The notes under the pieces were generated by a model. The model was not told where the DNA came from. It ran no database searches and was given only the letters and a program-made list of their open reading frames with translations. The translations under genes were made by a program, and so were the position numbers. Of a stretch of DNA of 64,000 nucleotides, positions 10,563-18,914 are shown piece after piece (position 1 is the first letter of the stretch; each line of letters begins with the position of its first letter). Source of the DNA: Bacteroidota bacterium (lineage in GTDB: Bacteria > Bacteroidota > Bacteroidia > Chitinophagales > Saprospiraceae). Where the stretch lies: positions 3,522 through 67,521 of the forward strand of contig JBEGMH010000344.1 of assembly GCA_041183125.1 (NCBI GenBank). Reading direction: 5' to 3'.

Positions 10563-10641
10563 GAGACTGGTTGCGGGAAAAGTCGTCAAGAGCACAAAAG
10601 ATACCTCTTTTTCACCTTTCCGACCCCTCGGAACGAGTCTG
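10563..10641. repeat. palindromic intergenic repeat, copy H
   Basis: Sequence: GAGACTGGTTGCGGGAAAAGTCGTCAAGAGCACAAAAGATACCTCTTTTTCACCTTTCCGACCCCTCGGAACGAGTCTG. It shares AGACTGGTTGCG and CCGACCCCTCG exactly with copy D. It lies 22 nt upstream of the start at 10540. Confidence 0.7.
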
Positions 10642-10730
10642 TTAAATAATATGGTACATCATCTTACCCAAAAGTACTATTATTTTAATACACATCCCGG
10701 AGATTTTTACAATCCATCGTCTACAACGGG

Positions 10731-11801
10731 TCAGTATCTGGGGCAGCGCACCTTATAGCGCTCTTTGGCAGGCTGCAGGTACATCAGGGACACTTCAAAT
10801 GCCCCCCGGTTGTAGTTCGACCTTCGCAGGGGCGACATGGTAATATCATAGCTCAGGCCCAGGTTCCAGCGCCCGGTCTCGAAGATGGCGCCCAACGCCA
10901 GCGATTCCGGTGCCGGTGGGGCGGAGGATTCCCCCCGGTTGGAAAAGTGGGCCCACAGTCCGCTGCGCAAGGCGATTTCGTTCCAGTACCGATTGGTATA
11001 CCGAACACTTCCTCCCAGGGTAATGCTGGAAGCAGGGCCTTGTTTGGCCAATAACAACAACGGCAACAAAGACACGGGTTTGGCGAGCGGCCATTCCCCT
11101 CCGAGGTGGAGCGTGTATTTCCGGTATAGGTTTGACCCGGGTTCGCCTAAAAAAGAAAGGGTGGGTTCCAGCACATGCTGGGCGGCCACCCCAGCAAAAA
11201 CACTTTTGCCCTCGTCCATGACAGAGTACCATAACAGACCGAGATTGAGATCCGGGACTACGGCGCTTCGATTCCCACTGACGTTTTCCCCCGAAGCCTG
11301 GTTGAGGTCCACCGAGTTAGAGGCCCTATCGTATTGGTTGGAAAACCAGAGCTGGTTTACGCCGATGGTATGCTGTTCCAGGCCCCCTTGAAACCCGGCC
11401 ACCAGGTACTGGGAGGCGCGGTTGCGGCGGTCGGCCCCGAGCTGTTTGAGGAAAGATGCCCCGAAAGATGCCATTGCCCTTTTATATGGGCCGGGGCCTG
11501 CTTCGTCCTGCAAGACGTGTAGTCCCAGCGACACATAATCGCGGCGAACCACGCGGAAGCGGTTCTCGAAGCTGCCGGAGAACGTGCGGAAGGGGCTTTC
11601 TGCCAGAAAAGCGGGATACAGCACCCGATAATTGAGTGCGGCCCTGAACCTTCCTTCAAACACACCGTTCAAGGCGGGATTTACCTGCAGAGGTGCCGCA
11701 TACACCTGCGAAAAGCGGGGATCCTGCGCCAGGGCACTGCTTGCGTTGAGCAAAGCTATGGCGAAGATGAACAGCCAACCCTTTCCTTTCATGTCCAGCA
11801 T
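10731..11801 (-). CDS. PorP/SprF family type IX secretion system membrane protein
   Basis: 356-aa ORF. A signal peptide is followed by QDPRFSQVYAAPLQVNPALNG, the hallmark PorP/SprF N-terminus. It lies 6 nt downstream of the adhesin gene. Confidence 0.85.
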   Translation of the reverse strand: MLDMKGKGWLFIFAIALLNASSALAQDPRFSQVYAAPLQVNPALNGVFEGRFRAALNYRVLYPAFLAESPFRTFSGSFENRFRVVRRDYVSLGLHVLQDEAGPGPYKRAMASFGASFLKQLGADRRNRASQYLVAGFQGGLEQHTIGVNQLWFSNQYDRASNSVDLNQASGENVSGNRSAVVPDLNLGLLWYSVMDEGKSVFAGVAAQHVLEPTLSFLGEPGSNLYRKYTLHLGGEWPLAKPVSLLPLLLLAKQGPASSITLGGSVRYTNRYWNEIALRSGLWAHFSNRGESSAPPAPESLALGAIFETGRWNLGLSYDITMSPLRRSNYNRGAFEVSLMYLQPAKERYKVRCPRY

Positions 11802-11807
11802 TTTTAT

Positions 11808-14800
11808 TTATCGCAAAAGCGTCGTTTGGCCCCTGCGGGATTCTTTATAGCCATCTATATATTCGGCGTCCAGTCGCCAGACAAATAGTCCGGGGTTTAG
11901 GGGCTGCCCTCTGAAGGTGCCATCCCAACCTATGCCCGCATCGTTTGTAAAAAAGTCTTTCGCCTCATATACCAGTTGCCCCCAGCGGTCGAACACTTGA
12001 AAGACGAGGATGCGGGTCCCGTTCAGCCCATGTACGAGCAGCAGGTCGTTCGCGCCATCGCCATTGGGGGAGAACCCGGTGGGAACGAGTATATCGCGCT
12101 CTTTTCCAACATTTACCGTTACCCGGTCGGAGGCTTCGCAGCCGACGCTGTCTATGCCGTTCAGTTCATAGGAAATAGTATTTTGAGGGAACGACCGTGG
12201 GGCCGCACAGCCCGTGCAACTAAGCGTACCCGGATAGGGCTCGGACCAGGTAAAGACTACTCGGCCCTGGGCACCGGTGGCACTGGCTTTTAACGTCAAG
12301 GTATCCCCTAACTTGATCCGGTAGCTGTCCAAGCCGGCGTCTACGACGAATGCGGGAGGGCTCTTTACTTCGGCACGTTCAAAACTTTGGCATCCGTTAC
12401 CGTCCCGCACGTACACGTCGTAATTGCCGGCTACGAGTCCAATCAAGGCAGGTACGAGTTTGAAATCCTTGCCGTTGAGGCTGTACGAGTACGGGGGTTT
12501 GCCGCCTGATGCCACGACATTTATCTGTCCGTCGCTTGCCCCGAAACAGGTAGTCGGGACCGCACTTAGCCCGATGGCCAACTTACTGCTTGGGACGAGT
12601 TCGGTTTGGGCCAGAGCGGTGCAGTTCTTCGAATCGGTCAGCGTCAACTGGTATGTTCCTGCCAGGAGGTTCTTGCGTTCAAAGCCGCTTCCCCCGTCGT
12701 TCCACGCAATTTTATATGGTCCTACGCCTCCCCCTGCCTGTACCTGGATAGAACCGGTGGCATCGCCGAAGCAGCGGTTATTGCCCAGTACAAATGCCGC
12801 GCTCAGTTGTGGAGGGTGCGCAATTTCAATCTTCCCCTCTCCAAAGCAACCGAATTCATCCGTGACGACAACGCGGTAAGTGCCTTGGGATAGGCCGGAA
12901 ACGACCTGGCCGGAAACAGAAGTCAGGGGCAGTTCCCAGCGATAGGTAAACACTTTGCTTTCTGCCCGCACAGAGGCCACCCAGGCCTTACCGTCACTGC
13001 CGCCGAAGCAGGTGGCATCGGTTTTTTCAAGCGTTGGCTGTATGGGGATCGGCTGGCGGAGAAAACGGCTGGTGATGGCCTGGCAGCCCTGTGGGTCGGT
13101 CACCGTGACGGTGTATTCCTGATCTCCCCGCAAGTTGGCGATGGCAATCCCCGAAGCGCCGTTGCTCCATTTGAACGCATAGCGGCTAAAATCCACCGCT
13201 GGGCGGCCTTTCACAAAGTTGATACCTATACGGCCATTGCTCCCGCCAAAACAATTCGGTGTGTTCACGATCAGGTTAGGCTCCATTTCCGGCAGGTCTT
13301 TTAGCTGGATGGCAGCATTCGCCGTACACCCTTTTATATCGGTTACCGTCAGGGCATAGCGGGTAGAATCCAGTCCGCTCAACTCGGCTGCCGTGGCCCC
13401 ATGGGCCCATTGGAAAAAGTACTCCGGACCGGTACCGCCGTTGGCAAGGGCTTTCACCTTGTTTTTCTTCTCCCCGTAACAGCCCGATTCGGTCTGCTGG
13501 AGGTCCAGGCGGAGGGGTTCTTCCGGTTCCCTCACCAAGGCTTGTGCGAAAACGCGACACCCTTTTTTATCGGTTACGCTCAGCGCATATTGGCCCGAGG
13601 CCAGGTTGTTGATAAAGGAACTCGTTGCTGTTCGACCGCTCCAGGAGTAGGAATAGGGTGCTGTCCCTCCTGAGGGAGTAGCGCTGACCCCTCCATCCGT
13701 TCCACCATAGCAACTCACTTCTTTGGCGGCTAAGTTGACGGACAGGGCGTCGGGCTCAGGCACCACGACGGTATCTTTCAACAAGCAACCTCTGGCATCT
13801 TGTATACTCAGTACGACAGGGCCGCCCCCGAGCATGGTCGCCAGGGGACCGACCTGCCCCAGGGGATCGTTCCAGGAATAGCGATAAGGGATGGTACCGC
13901 CATTGGCGTAGGCCCAGACTTCGCCGCTCCGTCTGCCGTTGCAATCCACCGGGACGATAGAAAAGGAATCTATCCGAAGCGCTGCGGGTGCCGCCAGTTG
14001 TACACATTCTTTAGTTTGGCAGTTTGCCCCGTCGCTCACCGTTACGCAGTAGTATCCCGCGCCGAGTAGGGCCAGGGTATCCCGCCCGGCACCGGTGGAC
14101 CAGGCGTAGCGATAGTTGCCATCCCCGCCGCTCACCCGTGCAGAGATACGCCCGTCGGCTTTGTCAAAACAACTCGGTGCCGCCGTTTGAAGCACTGCAT
14201 TCAGAGGTTGGGGTTCTTGTAAGGAGATGGTATCGGTGGCGGTGCAGCCCAGGCTGTCAGAAGCAGTAAGCACGTACCTTCCCGAACCAAGCCCGCTGAT
14301 CGAGTCGCCCACTGCCCCACTATTCCATTCAAAGCGAAGGCGCCGCGAGGTATTACCCGCTGTTGCCATGAGCGCTCCGTTTTTTTCACCAAAGCAACGG
14401 ATAGGGCTTTTTACCTGTATCCTAGCCCCGATGGCCGCTGCTTCCCCAATCGCAAAGAAAACGGTATCGGCGCAGTTGTTTTGATCAATCGCAACGGCAA
14501 AATAGTCTCCGGCCACCAAATTCTCAAAAATGCCGTCTTGAGAAAGGTTCCCCGTGCCGTTCAGTTGATACGAATACGGCGGGAAGCCTCCTGCGGCTGA
14601 AAGGAGTGCCGCACCGGAATTCCCTCCAAAGCAAAGGGCATCCTGTTTTTGTTTCACCAAGGCAGCAATCGTACAGGGCTCGTAGATACACCCCACAACC
14701 CCTGTGCGCACCCCGCAGAACAGGGCATTGCTGTCGGGCACTGCTTCGACCGCCAGGCGCAGGGCATCTCCGGAGGCATAAAAATCGGGGGGTAGGAAAA

Positions 14801-16739
14801 ACGTGTCTAGGGCGGGTAGGGTCAGCGTAGTGTCCTTTCCATTGATTTGAAAAAATAATTTATACGCTGCGGCCTCCGGCACCGGCGTCCAGGAAAAGAC
14901 CGCCTGCCCGGTCCGGCTGAAGGAACATTCCGGTTCGGGGGCAGGCAGGGCCGTACGGACGTCCACCCGGAGGGTATCTGTTTTGGAGCAGCCTTTTTCA
15001 TCAAAATATTTCAGAACATAATTAGTTGTTTTCAATGGCTTTACGATTACCTCATCACAAGATGTACACGACAAACCTTCGGAGGGCGACCACTGGTAAG
15101 AGCGTTCGTTTCTACCTTTGAAGACGATGCTCCACTCTTCCAGGTATCCATACTGCAGCGAATCGAAGCCGTCGGACACCAAAAGGGCCCATTCGCCGGC
15201 AGCGCGTGCCCCTTGTAACTGATTCCAGTCCCCTTCCGGAGCAAAAACACCATTGAATGGAGCATCCCCGCGCGTCACGGAGAGCGATGCCCCCGGGGAG
15301 AAGCAAGTATGGGAATAATCGTCCAAACCGCCCCCGTTGCCACTGCTCAATTCCATCTGTTCCCCTGAAGGGGTGCGCAAAGCCAGGGTTATATCCTCGG
15401 CCCAATCGGTGCGAAGGGTCACGCATACACGCTCAATTTGCGCCACAGGGTTGTCCAATACCTGGAACGGCAGGGATTTTACAGGAAGCAAGGCGGCGTA
15501 AGGAGCTCCAGGTGGATGGTTGGCGTATCCGACCGGGTATTGTGGGTTGCTCTTATAGGCAAACAGGCTATCGCTTTGCGACAAGGCACCTACCTGGAGC
15601 GACAGGGAATCGCCCTCACAAATCGCGGTATCGGGCAGTACAGGGATTTCCGGCAGGCAATTCGGGCAGTCGGGGCTGCCTTGGGGCAGCACTTCCATCT
15701 GCAAGCGGTATTCCGACACACAGCCAAACGCATCGCTGGCCTGGAGGAGGTAGCTGCGAAGGCCTGCCGTATCGGCGAGAGCAGCCGCAGAGTCCCTCAG
15801 TTGGAACAGCATTTCCGGTTGGTAGCGCCAGCGCAGGCTCTGCACCACCGGGCGCAAGGTGTCGCCGGAAGCCCTGCGCACCCGGCCTGGGAACACCTGC
15901 AACAATTTTTGTCCTTGCGCCGTACCGATGGCCGCGTTCAGGCGCAGGGTGTCGCCGACACAAACTACGGGCGTCACCCCCGGAGCAGAGGGTACGAATA
16001 GCGGGCTGGGTACGACGAGGATCTCCGCCACGGGTTCCAAGGCCATACAACCGGCTGCGTCTATGGCCCGAACCCATAGAAAATTACTGCCGGAATCATT
16101 AAACATTTTATTGTATATCAATCCATTGCGTTCATTTTTGCCATTCAGTAGCCAGGATACGGACGTATTAGACAAAGCCTGCCCATAGCGCGACCCATTG
16201 TCTGGGAACGCCAGGGCGACCCTTGCCGAAATACTCTCCCCCTTACAAAGCGGGATTAGGGAAGGGTCGCTGGTATCGCGTTCTGCTTCTATTCCCTGCA
16301 CGTCCATAGAGATCCGCTGGCACAGCGTACCGCAGGAGAGGCTGGCATCCCAGCCCCGTCCCTGCCCTGTCGCATCTGAAACGAACAAGAAGGCAAGGCA
16401 TCCGCTCGTATTTTGCACGCTCGCCTGTACCTGAAAAGAGTCCAGTTCAATATTTTGTAGCGTCATCAGTATGGGCGACGTCGTGTCGGGTCCGTCGAAA
16501 ACGCGGAGGTAATCCCCTGCCCCCATTTGCAGGGAGTTAAAAAATAAACGCGACCCTGTACCAGCGCTATCCGGGCAAAAACGGACCAATGAGCGGGTAT
16601 TCGGAGGATAGTTGCCTGGGCCGTCTGAGAAACTGCCCCCACAAGCGCGGATACTGGTATCGCGAGGTATCGTGAACTGTGCCGATAGGGCGGTACTGCA
16701 TAACAAGAAAAAAAAGAGCAAGCAGTAAAAGCGAGCCAT
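11808..16739 (-). CDS. giant T9SS cargo adhesin (CUB-like, P-domain-like, about 10 SprB repeats, type-B gliding-motility C-terminal sorting domain)
   Basis: The ORF-track entry is 11808-16889. I moved the start to the Met at 16739 (MARFYCLLFFFLLCSTALSAQ signal peptide) because the upstream codons translate repeat copy A. Supporting motifs:
- SprB-type repeats such as CFGGNSGAALLSAAGGFPPYSYQLNG and CYGGTDGGVSATPSGGTAPYSYSWSG
- a P-domain-like EDITLALRTPSGEQMELSSGNGG...GEWALLVSD
- a C-terminal FSPNGDGANDLL...FDRWGQLVYE...GWDGTFRGQPLNPGLFVWRL. Confidence 0.85.
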   Translation of the reverse strand: MARFYCLLFFFLLCSTALSAQFTIPRDTSIRACGGSFSDGPGNYPPNTRSLVRFCPDSAGTGSRLFFNSLQMGAGDYLRVFDGPDTTSPILMTLQNIELDSFQVQASVQNTSGCLAFLFVSDATGQGRGWDASLSCGTLCQRISMDVQGIEAERDTSDPSLIPLCKGESISARVALAFPDNGSRYGQALSNTSVSWLLNGKNERNGLIYNKMFNDSGSNFLWVRAIDAAGCMALEPVAEILVVPSPLFVPSAPGVTPVVCVGDTLRLNAAIGTAQGQKLLQVFPGRVRRASGDTLRPVVQSLRWRYQPEMLFQLRDSAAALADTAGLRSYLLQASDAFGCVSEYRLQMEVLPQGSPDCPNCLPEIPVLPDTAICEGDSLSLQVGALSQSDSLFAYKSNPQYPVGYANHPPGAPYAALLPVKSLPFQVLDNPVAQIERVCVTLRTDWAEDITLALRTPSGEQMELSSGNGGGLDDYSHTCFSPGASLSVTRGDAPFNGVFAPEGDWNQLQGARAAGEWALLVSDGFDSLQYGYLEEWSIVFKGRNERSYQWSPSEGLSCTSCDEVIVKPLKTTNYVLKYFDEKGCSKTDTLRVDVRTALPAPEPECSFSRTGQAVFSWTPVPEAAAYKLFFQINGKDTTLTLPALDTFFLPPDFYASGDALRLAVEAVPDSNALFCGVRTGVVGCIYEPCTIAALVKQKQDALCFGGNSGAALLSAAGGFPPYSYQLNGTGNLSQDGIFENLVAGDYFAVAIDQNNCADTVFFAIGEAAAIGARIQVKSPIRCFGEKNGALMATAGNTSRRLRFEWNSGAVGDSISGLGSGRYVLTASDSLGCTATDTISLQEPQPLNAVLQTAAPSCFDKADGRISARVSGGDGNYRYAWSTGAGRDTLALLGAGYYCVTVSDGANCQTKECVQLAAPAALRIDSFSIVPVDCNGRRSGEVWAYANGGTIPYRYSWNDPLGQVGPLATMLGGGPVVLSIQDARGCLLKDTVVVPEPDALSVNLAAKEVSCYGGTDGGVSATPSGGTAPYSYSWSGRTATSSFINNLASGQYALSVTDKKGCRVFAQALVREPEEPLRLDLQQTESGCYGEKKNKVKALANGGTGPEYFFQWAHGATAAELSGLDSTRYALTVTDIKGCTANAAIQLKDLPEMEPNLIVNTPNCFGGSNGRIGINFVKGRPAVDFSRYAFKWSNGASGIAIANLRGDQEYTVTVTDPQGCQAITSRFLRQPIPIQPTLEKTDATCFGGSDGKAWVASVRAESKVFTYRWELPLTSVSGQVVSGLSQGTYRVVVTDEFGCFGEGKIEIAHPPQLSAAFVLGNNRCFGDATGSIQVQAGGGVGPYKIAWNDGGSGFERKNLLAGTYQLTLTDSKNCTALAQTELVPSSKLAIGLSAVPTTCFGASDGQINVVASGGKPPYSYSLNGKDFKLVPALIGLVAGNYDVYVRDGNGCQSFERAEVKSPPAFVVDAGLDSYRIKLGDTLTLKASATGAQGRVVFTWSEPYPGTLSCTGCAAPRSFPQNTISYELNGIDSVGCEASDRVTVNVGKERDILVPTGFSPNGDGANDLLLVHGLNGTRILVFQVFDRWGQLVYEAKDFFTNDAGIGWDGTFRGQPLNPGLFVWRLDAEYIDGYKESRRGQTTLLR

Positions 16740-16764
16740 ACCAGACTGCAAGGAGCTAAAAAAG

Positions 16765-16872
16765 AGCGGTTGTTCGTCTATGTGAGTACCTTTTGAACGG
16801 AGGGAAAAAGGTGCAGTATGGGCGAAAAAAGGCCTTTTCGATCTCTCGATGATTCCCCGCGCAACAAGTCTG
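16765..16872. repeat. palindromic intergenic repeat, copy A (left half degenerate)
   Basis: The right half, GGGCGAAAAAAGGCCTTTTCGATCTCTCGATGATTCCCCGCGCAACAAGTCTG, matches copies B and C closely. The left border is uncertain. It lies about 25 nt upstream of the adhesin start. Confidence 0.55.
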
Positions 16873-17055
16873 ATAAGTCTGGTATTCATCGGATATTTCA
16901 GGATTCGTGATATGAACCGGGTAAATCCAGCAGGATAACGCCATATTTAGGTTATTCCATGCAAATGAAAGGATATTTACCATAAAATGCGCAGTTGTTG
17001 ATGTGCAATGTCGCTACTTTGGCGATAAAAACAGCGGTTCCGTCCACTAAAATAC

Positions 17056-17063
17056 TACCTTTG
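17056..17063 (+). promoter_or_regulatory. candidate Bacteroidota -7 promoter box (TAnnTTTG)
   Basis: TACCTTTG is an exact match to TAnnTTTG and sits 21 nt upstream of the folD ATG. I did not find a convincing -33 element. Confidence 0.3.
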
Positions 17064-17084
17064 AGACTGTAAAAAAGCCTTTCC

Positions 17085-17969
17085 ATGAATCTGTTAGACG
17101 GAAAAAAATTAGCGGCGGACATCAAATCCGAGCTCAGGGTACAGGTGGAACACATCCTGGCCCGGGGGGATCGCCCCCCTCACCTTGCGGCTGTACTCGT
17201 GGGCGATGACCCTGCAAGTCAGGCATACGTCGGGAACAAAGTGCGCTCTTGCGCAGAAGTCGGCTTTGCATCTACCCTGATCCGGCGGCCTTCGGAGACT
17301 ACCGAAGGGGAGCTCCTGGGGATTGTGGCACAGCTCAACCAGGACCCTGACATTGACGGGTTCATCGTCCAGTTGCCCCTGCCGGCGCACATAGACGAGC
17401 AAAGGGTCAACCTAGCCATTGACCCCAAAAAAGATGTAGACGGTTTTACGCCCGAAAACTTCGGCCGCATGGCGCAGGGCCTTCCCTGCTACCTACCGGC
17501 CACGCCGTTCGGGATACTGGAAATGCTCCGGCGCTATCAAATTCCTACCGAGGGGTGCGAAGTGACGGTGGTAGGGCGTAGCCACATTGTTGGCACCCCG
17601 ATCAGCATCCTGCTTTCCCGGAAAGGATATCCGGGGGATGCCACGGTCACCCTGTGCCATAGCCGTTCGAGGGACCTTGCCGCGCATTGTCGCAAAGCGG
17701 ACATTCTCATCGCCGCGATCGGAAAAGCGGATTTTATCACTGCGGACATGGTAAAGCCGGGGGCCGTCGTCATTGACGTAGGCATAAACCGGGTAGACGA
17801 TCCCTCTTCTCCCAAAAAATACCGGCTGACCGGCGATGTATCGTTTGCCGAGGTAGCCCCTCTCGCTTCCTGGATTACCCCTGTGCCCGGCGGTGTGGGC
17901 CAGCTCACGGTGGCCGCCCTGCTCATGAATACCCTAAAAGCGCGACAAAAAGCAGTATATCCTGCTTAG
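17085..17969 (+). CDS. folD: bifunctional methylenetetrahydrofolate dehydrogenase / methenyltetrahydrofolate cyclohydrolase
   Basis: 294-aa ORF that looks like FolD over its full length. It includes GRSHIVG and the C-terminal PVPGGVGQLT motif. Confidence 0.95.
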   Translation: MNLLDGKKLAADIKSELRVQVEHILARGDRPPHLAAVLVGDDPASQAYVGNKVRSCAEVGFASTLIRRPSETTEGELLGIVAQLNQDPDIDGFIVQLPLPAHIDEQRVNLAIDPKKDVDGFTPENFGRMAQGLPCYLPATPFGILEMLRRYQIPTEGCEVTVVGRSHIVGTPISILLSRKGYPGDATVTLCHSRSRDLAAHCRKADILIAAIGKADFITADMVKPGAVVIDVGINRVDDPSSPKKYRLTGDVSFAEVAPLASWITPVPGGVGQLTVAALLMNTLKARQKAVYPA

Positions 17970-17989
17970 GTGCGACAAATTTCGACTAT

Positions 17990-18811
17990 ATGCTTTACTA
18001 CCGCTATATTTTCCATACTGACCCGGCCCTTTCCGAAACCTTGTTAGCCTGGCTTTCCGAGCTCCCTTTCGAAGGCTTTGAGGAAGCCCCCGATGCTGTA
18101 TCCGGCTTTTTGCCCGGGAATACCGACCGCAGCGCCTTGGAGGCAGATCTTTTGGAAATAGCCTCCCGTCTGCCCTTTTCCTATTCCGTAGAGGTCATCC
18201 AACCGGAAAACTGGAATGCGGTATGGGAGCAAAATTTCCAGCCTGTCCAGGTAGGCAACTTCTGTGGCATCCGGGCAGAATTCCATCCGGCCTTCGACGA
18301 GGTGGGTCACGAACTCGTCATACAGCCCAAAATGGCCTTTGGCACAGGGCACCACGAGACCACCTTTATGATGGTCGAATACATGGAAAGCCTCGATTTT
18401 CGTGGAAAAAGAGTATTCGATTACGGTTGCGGAACCGGTATATTGGCCATTTTGGCTGCAAAACTGGGGGCGAATCGCATAGATGCCGTGGATATCGAAG
18501 CAGCAGCCTGTGAAAACGCCCATGAAAATGCGGTGCGCAACGGCGTGTCGTTTTCTGTTTACCGCGGTACGATCGCCGATGTACCGGCAGCCGTATACGA
18601 TGTCGTTCTCGCCAATATCAACCGCAACGTAATACTCGATTCCCTGTCGGCGTTACATCAAAAAATCGCTTCCGGGGGCGACCTGCTCATTTCCGGAATC
18701 CTCGGTTCTGACCAGGAAATAGTGTACCAAGCTGCTTTGGCGCAGGGGTTTCAATGGATATCCCAAAAGGCCAGGGGGAACTGGATTGCGGCGAACCTGA
18801 GGCGGCGATAA
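17990..18811 (+). CDS. prmA: ribosomal protein L11 methyltransferase
   Basis: 273-aa ORF with PrmA architecture and SAM motif I DYGCGTGILAI. It starts 20 nt after folD. Confidence 0.9.
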   Translation: MLYYRYIFHTDPALSETLLAWLSELPFEGFEEAPDAVSGFLPGNTDRSALEADLLEIASRLPFSYSVEVIQPENWNAVWEQNFQPVQVGNFCGIRAEFHPAFDEVGHELVIQPKMAFGTGHHETTFMMVEYMESLDFRGKRVFDYGCGTGILAILAAKLGANRIDAVDIEAAACENAHENAVRNGVSFSVYRGTIADVPAAVYDVVLANINRNVILDSLSALHQKIASGGDLLISGILGSDQEIVYQAALAQGFQWISQKARGNWIAANLRRR

Positions 18812-18818
18812 AACATTT

Positions 18819-18897
18819 GGCTTGTCGCGATAGGGAACCACCGAGGGTTAAAAAGCCCTTTTCGCATTTTTGCCAAGCCTTTTGCGCAACAAGTCTA
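18819..18897. repeat. palindromic intergenic repeat, copy B
   Basis: Sequence: GGCTTGTCGCGATAGGGAACCACCGAGGGTTAAAAAGCCCTTTTCGCATTTTTGCCAAGCCTTTTGCGCAACAAGTCTA. Its right end, GCAACAAGTCTATT, is identical to copy C. It ends 17 nt before the ATG at 18915. Confidence 0.65.
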
Positions 18898-18914
18898 TTG
18901 ATAAACCATTTTTT

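Noticed and set aside
12424-16434. Numerous 60-281-aa ORFs on the + strand, and in other minus frames, inside the adhesin gene (for example 15257-16102 and 15438-16001)
   Set aside because: All are rich in Arg, Pro and Gly and sit inside a 4.9-kb frame with coherent SprB-repeat and CTD architecture.
16740-16889. N-terminal extensions of several ORF-track entries (16889, 18870, 25208, 31624, 49025, 49375, 60671, 60571)
   Set aside because: In each case the extra codons translate a copy of the palindromic repeat or lack a signal peptide, while an internal Met gives a canonical signal or lipoprotein peptide or a conserved family N-terminus. I treated them as annotation artefacts, not real extensions.
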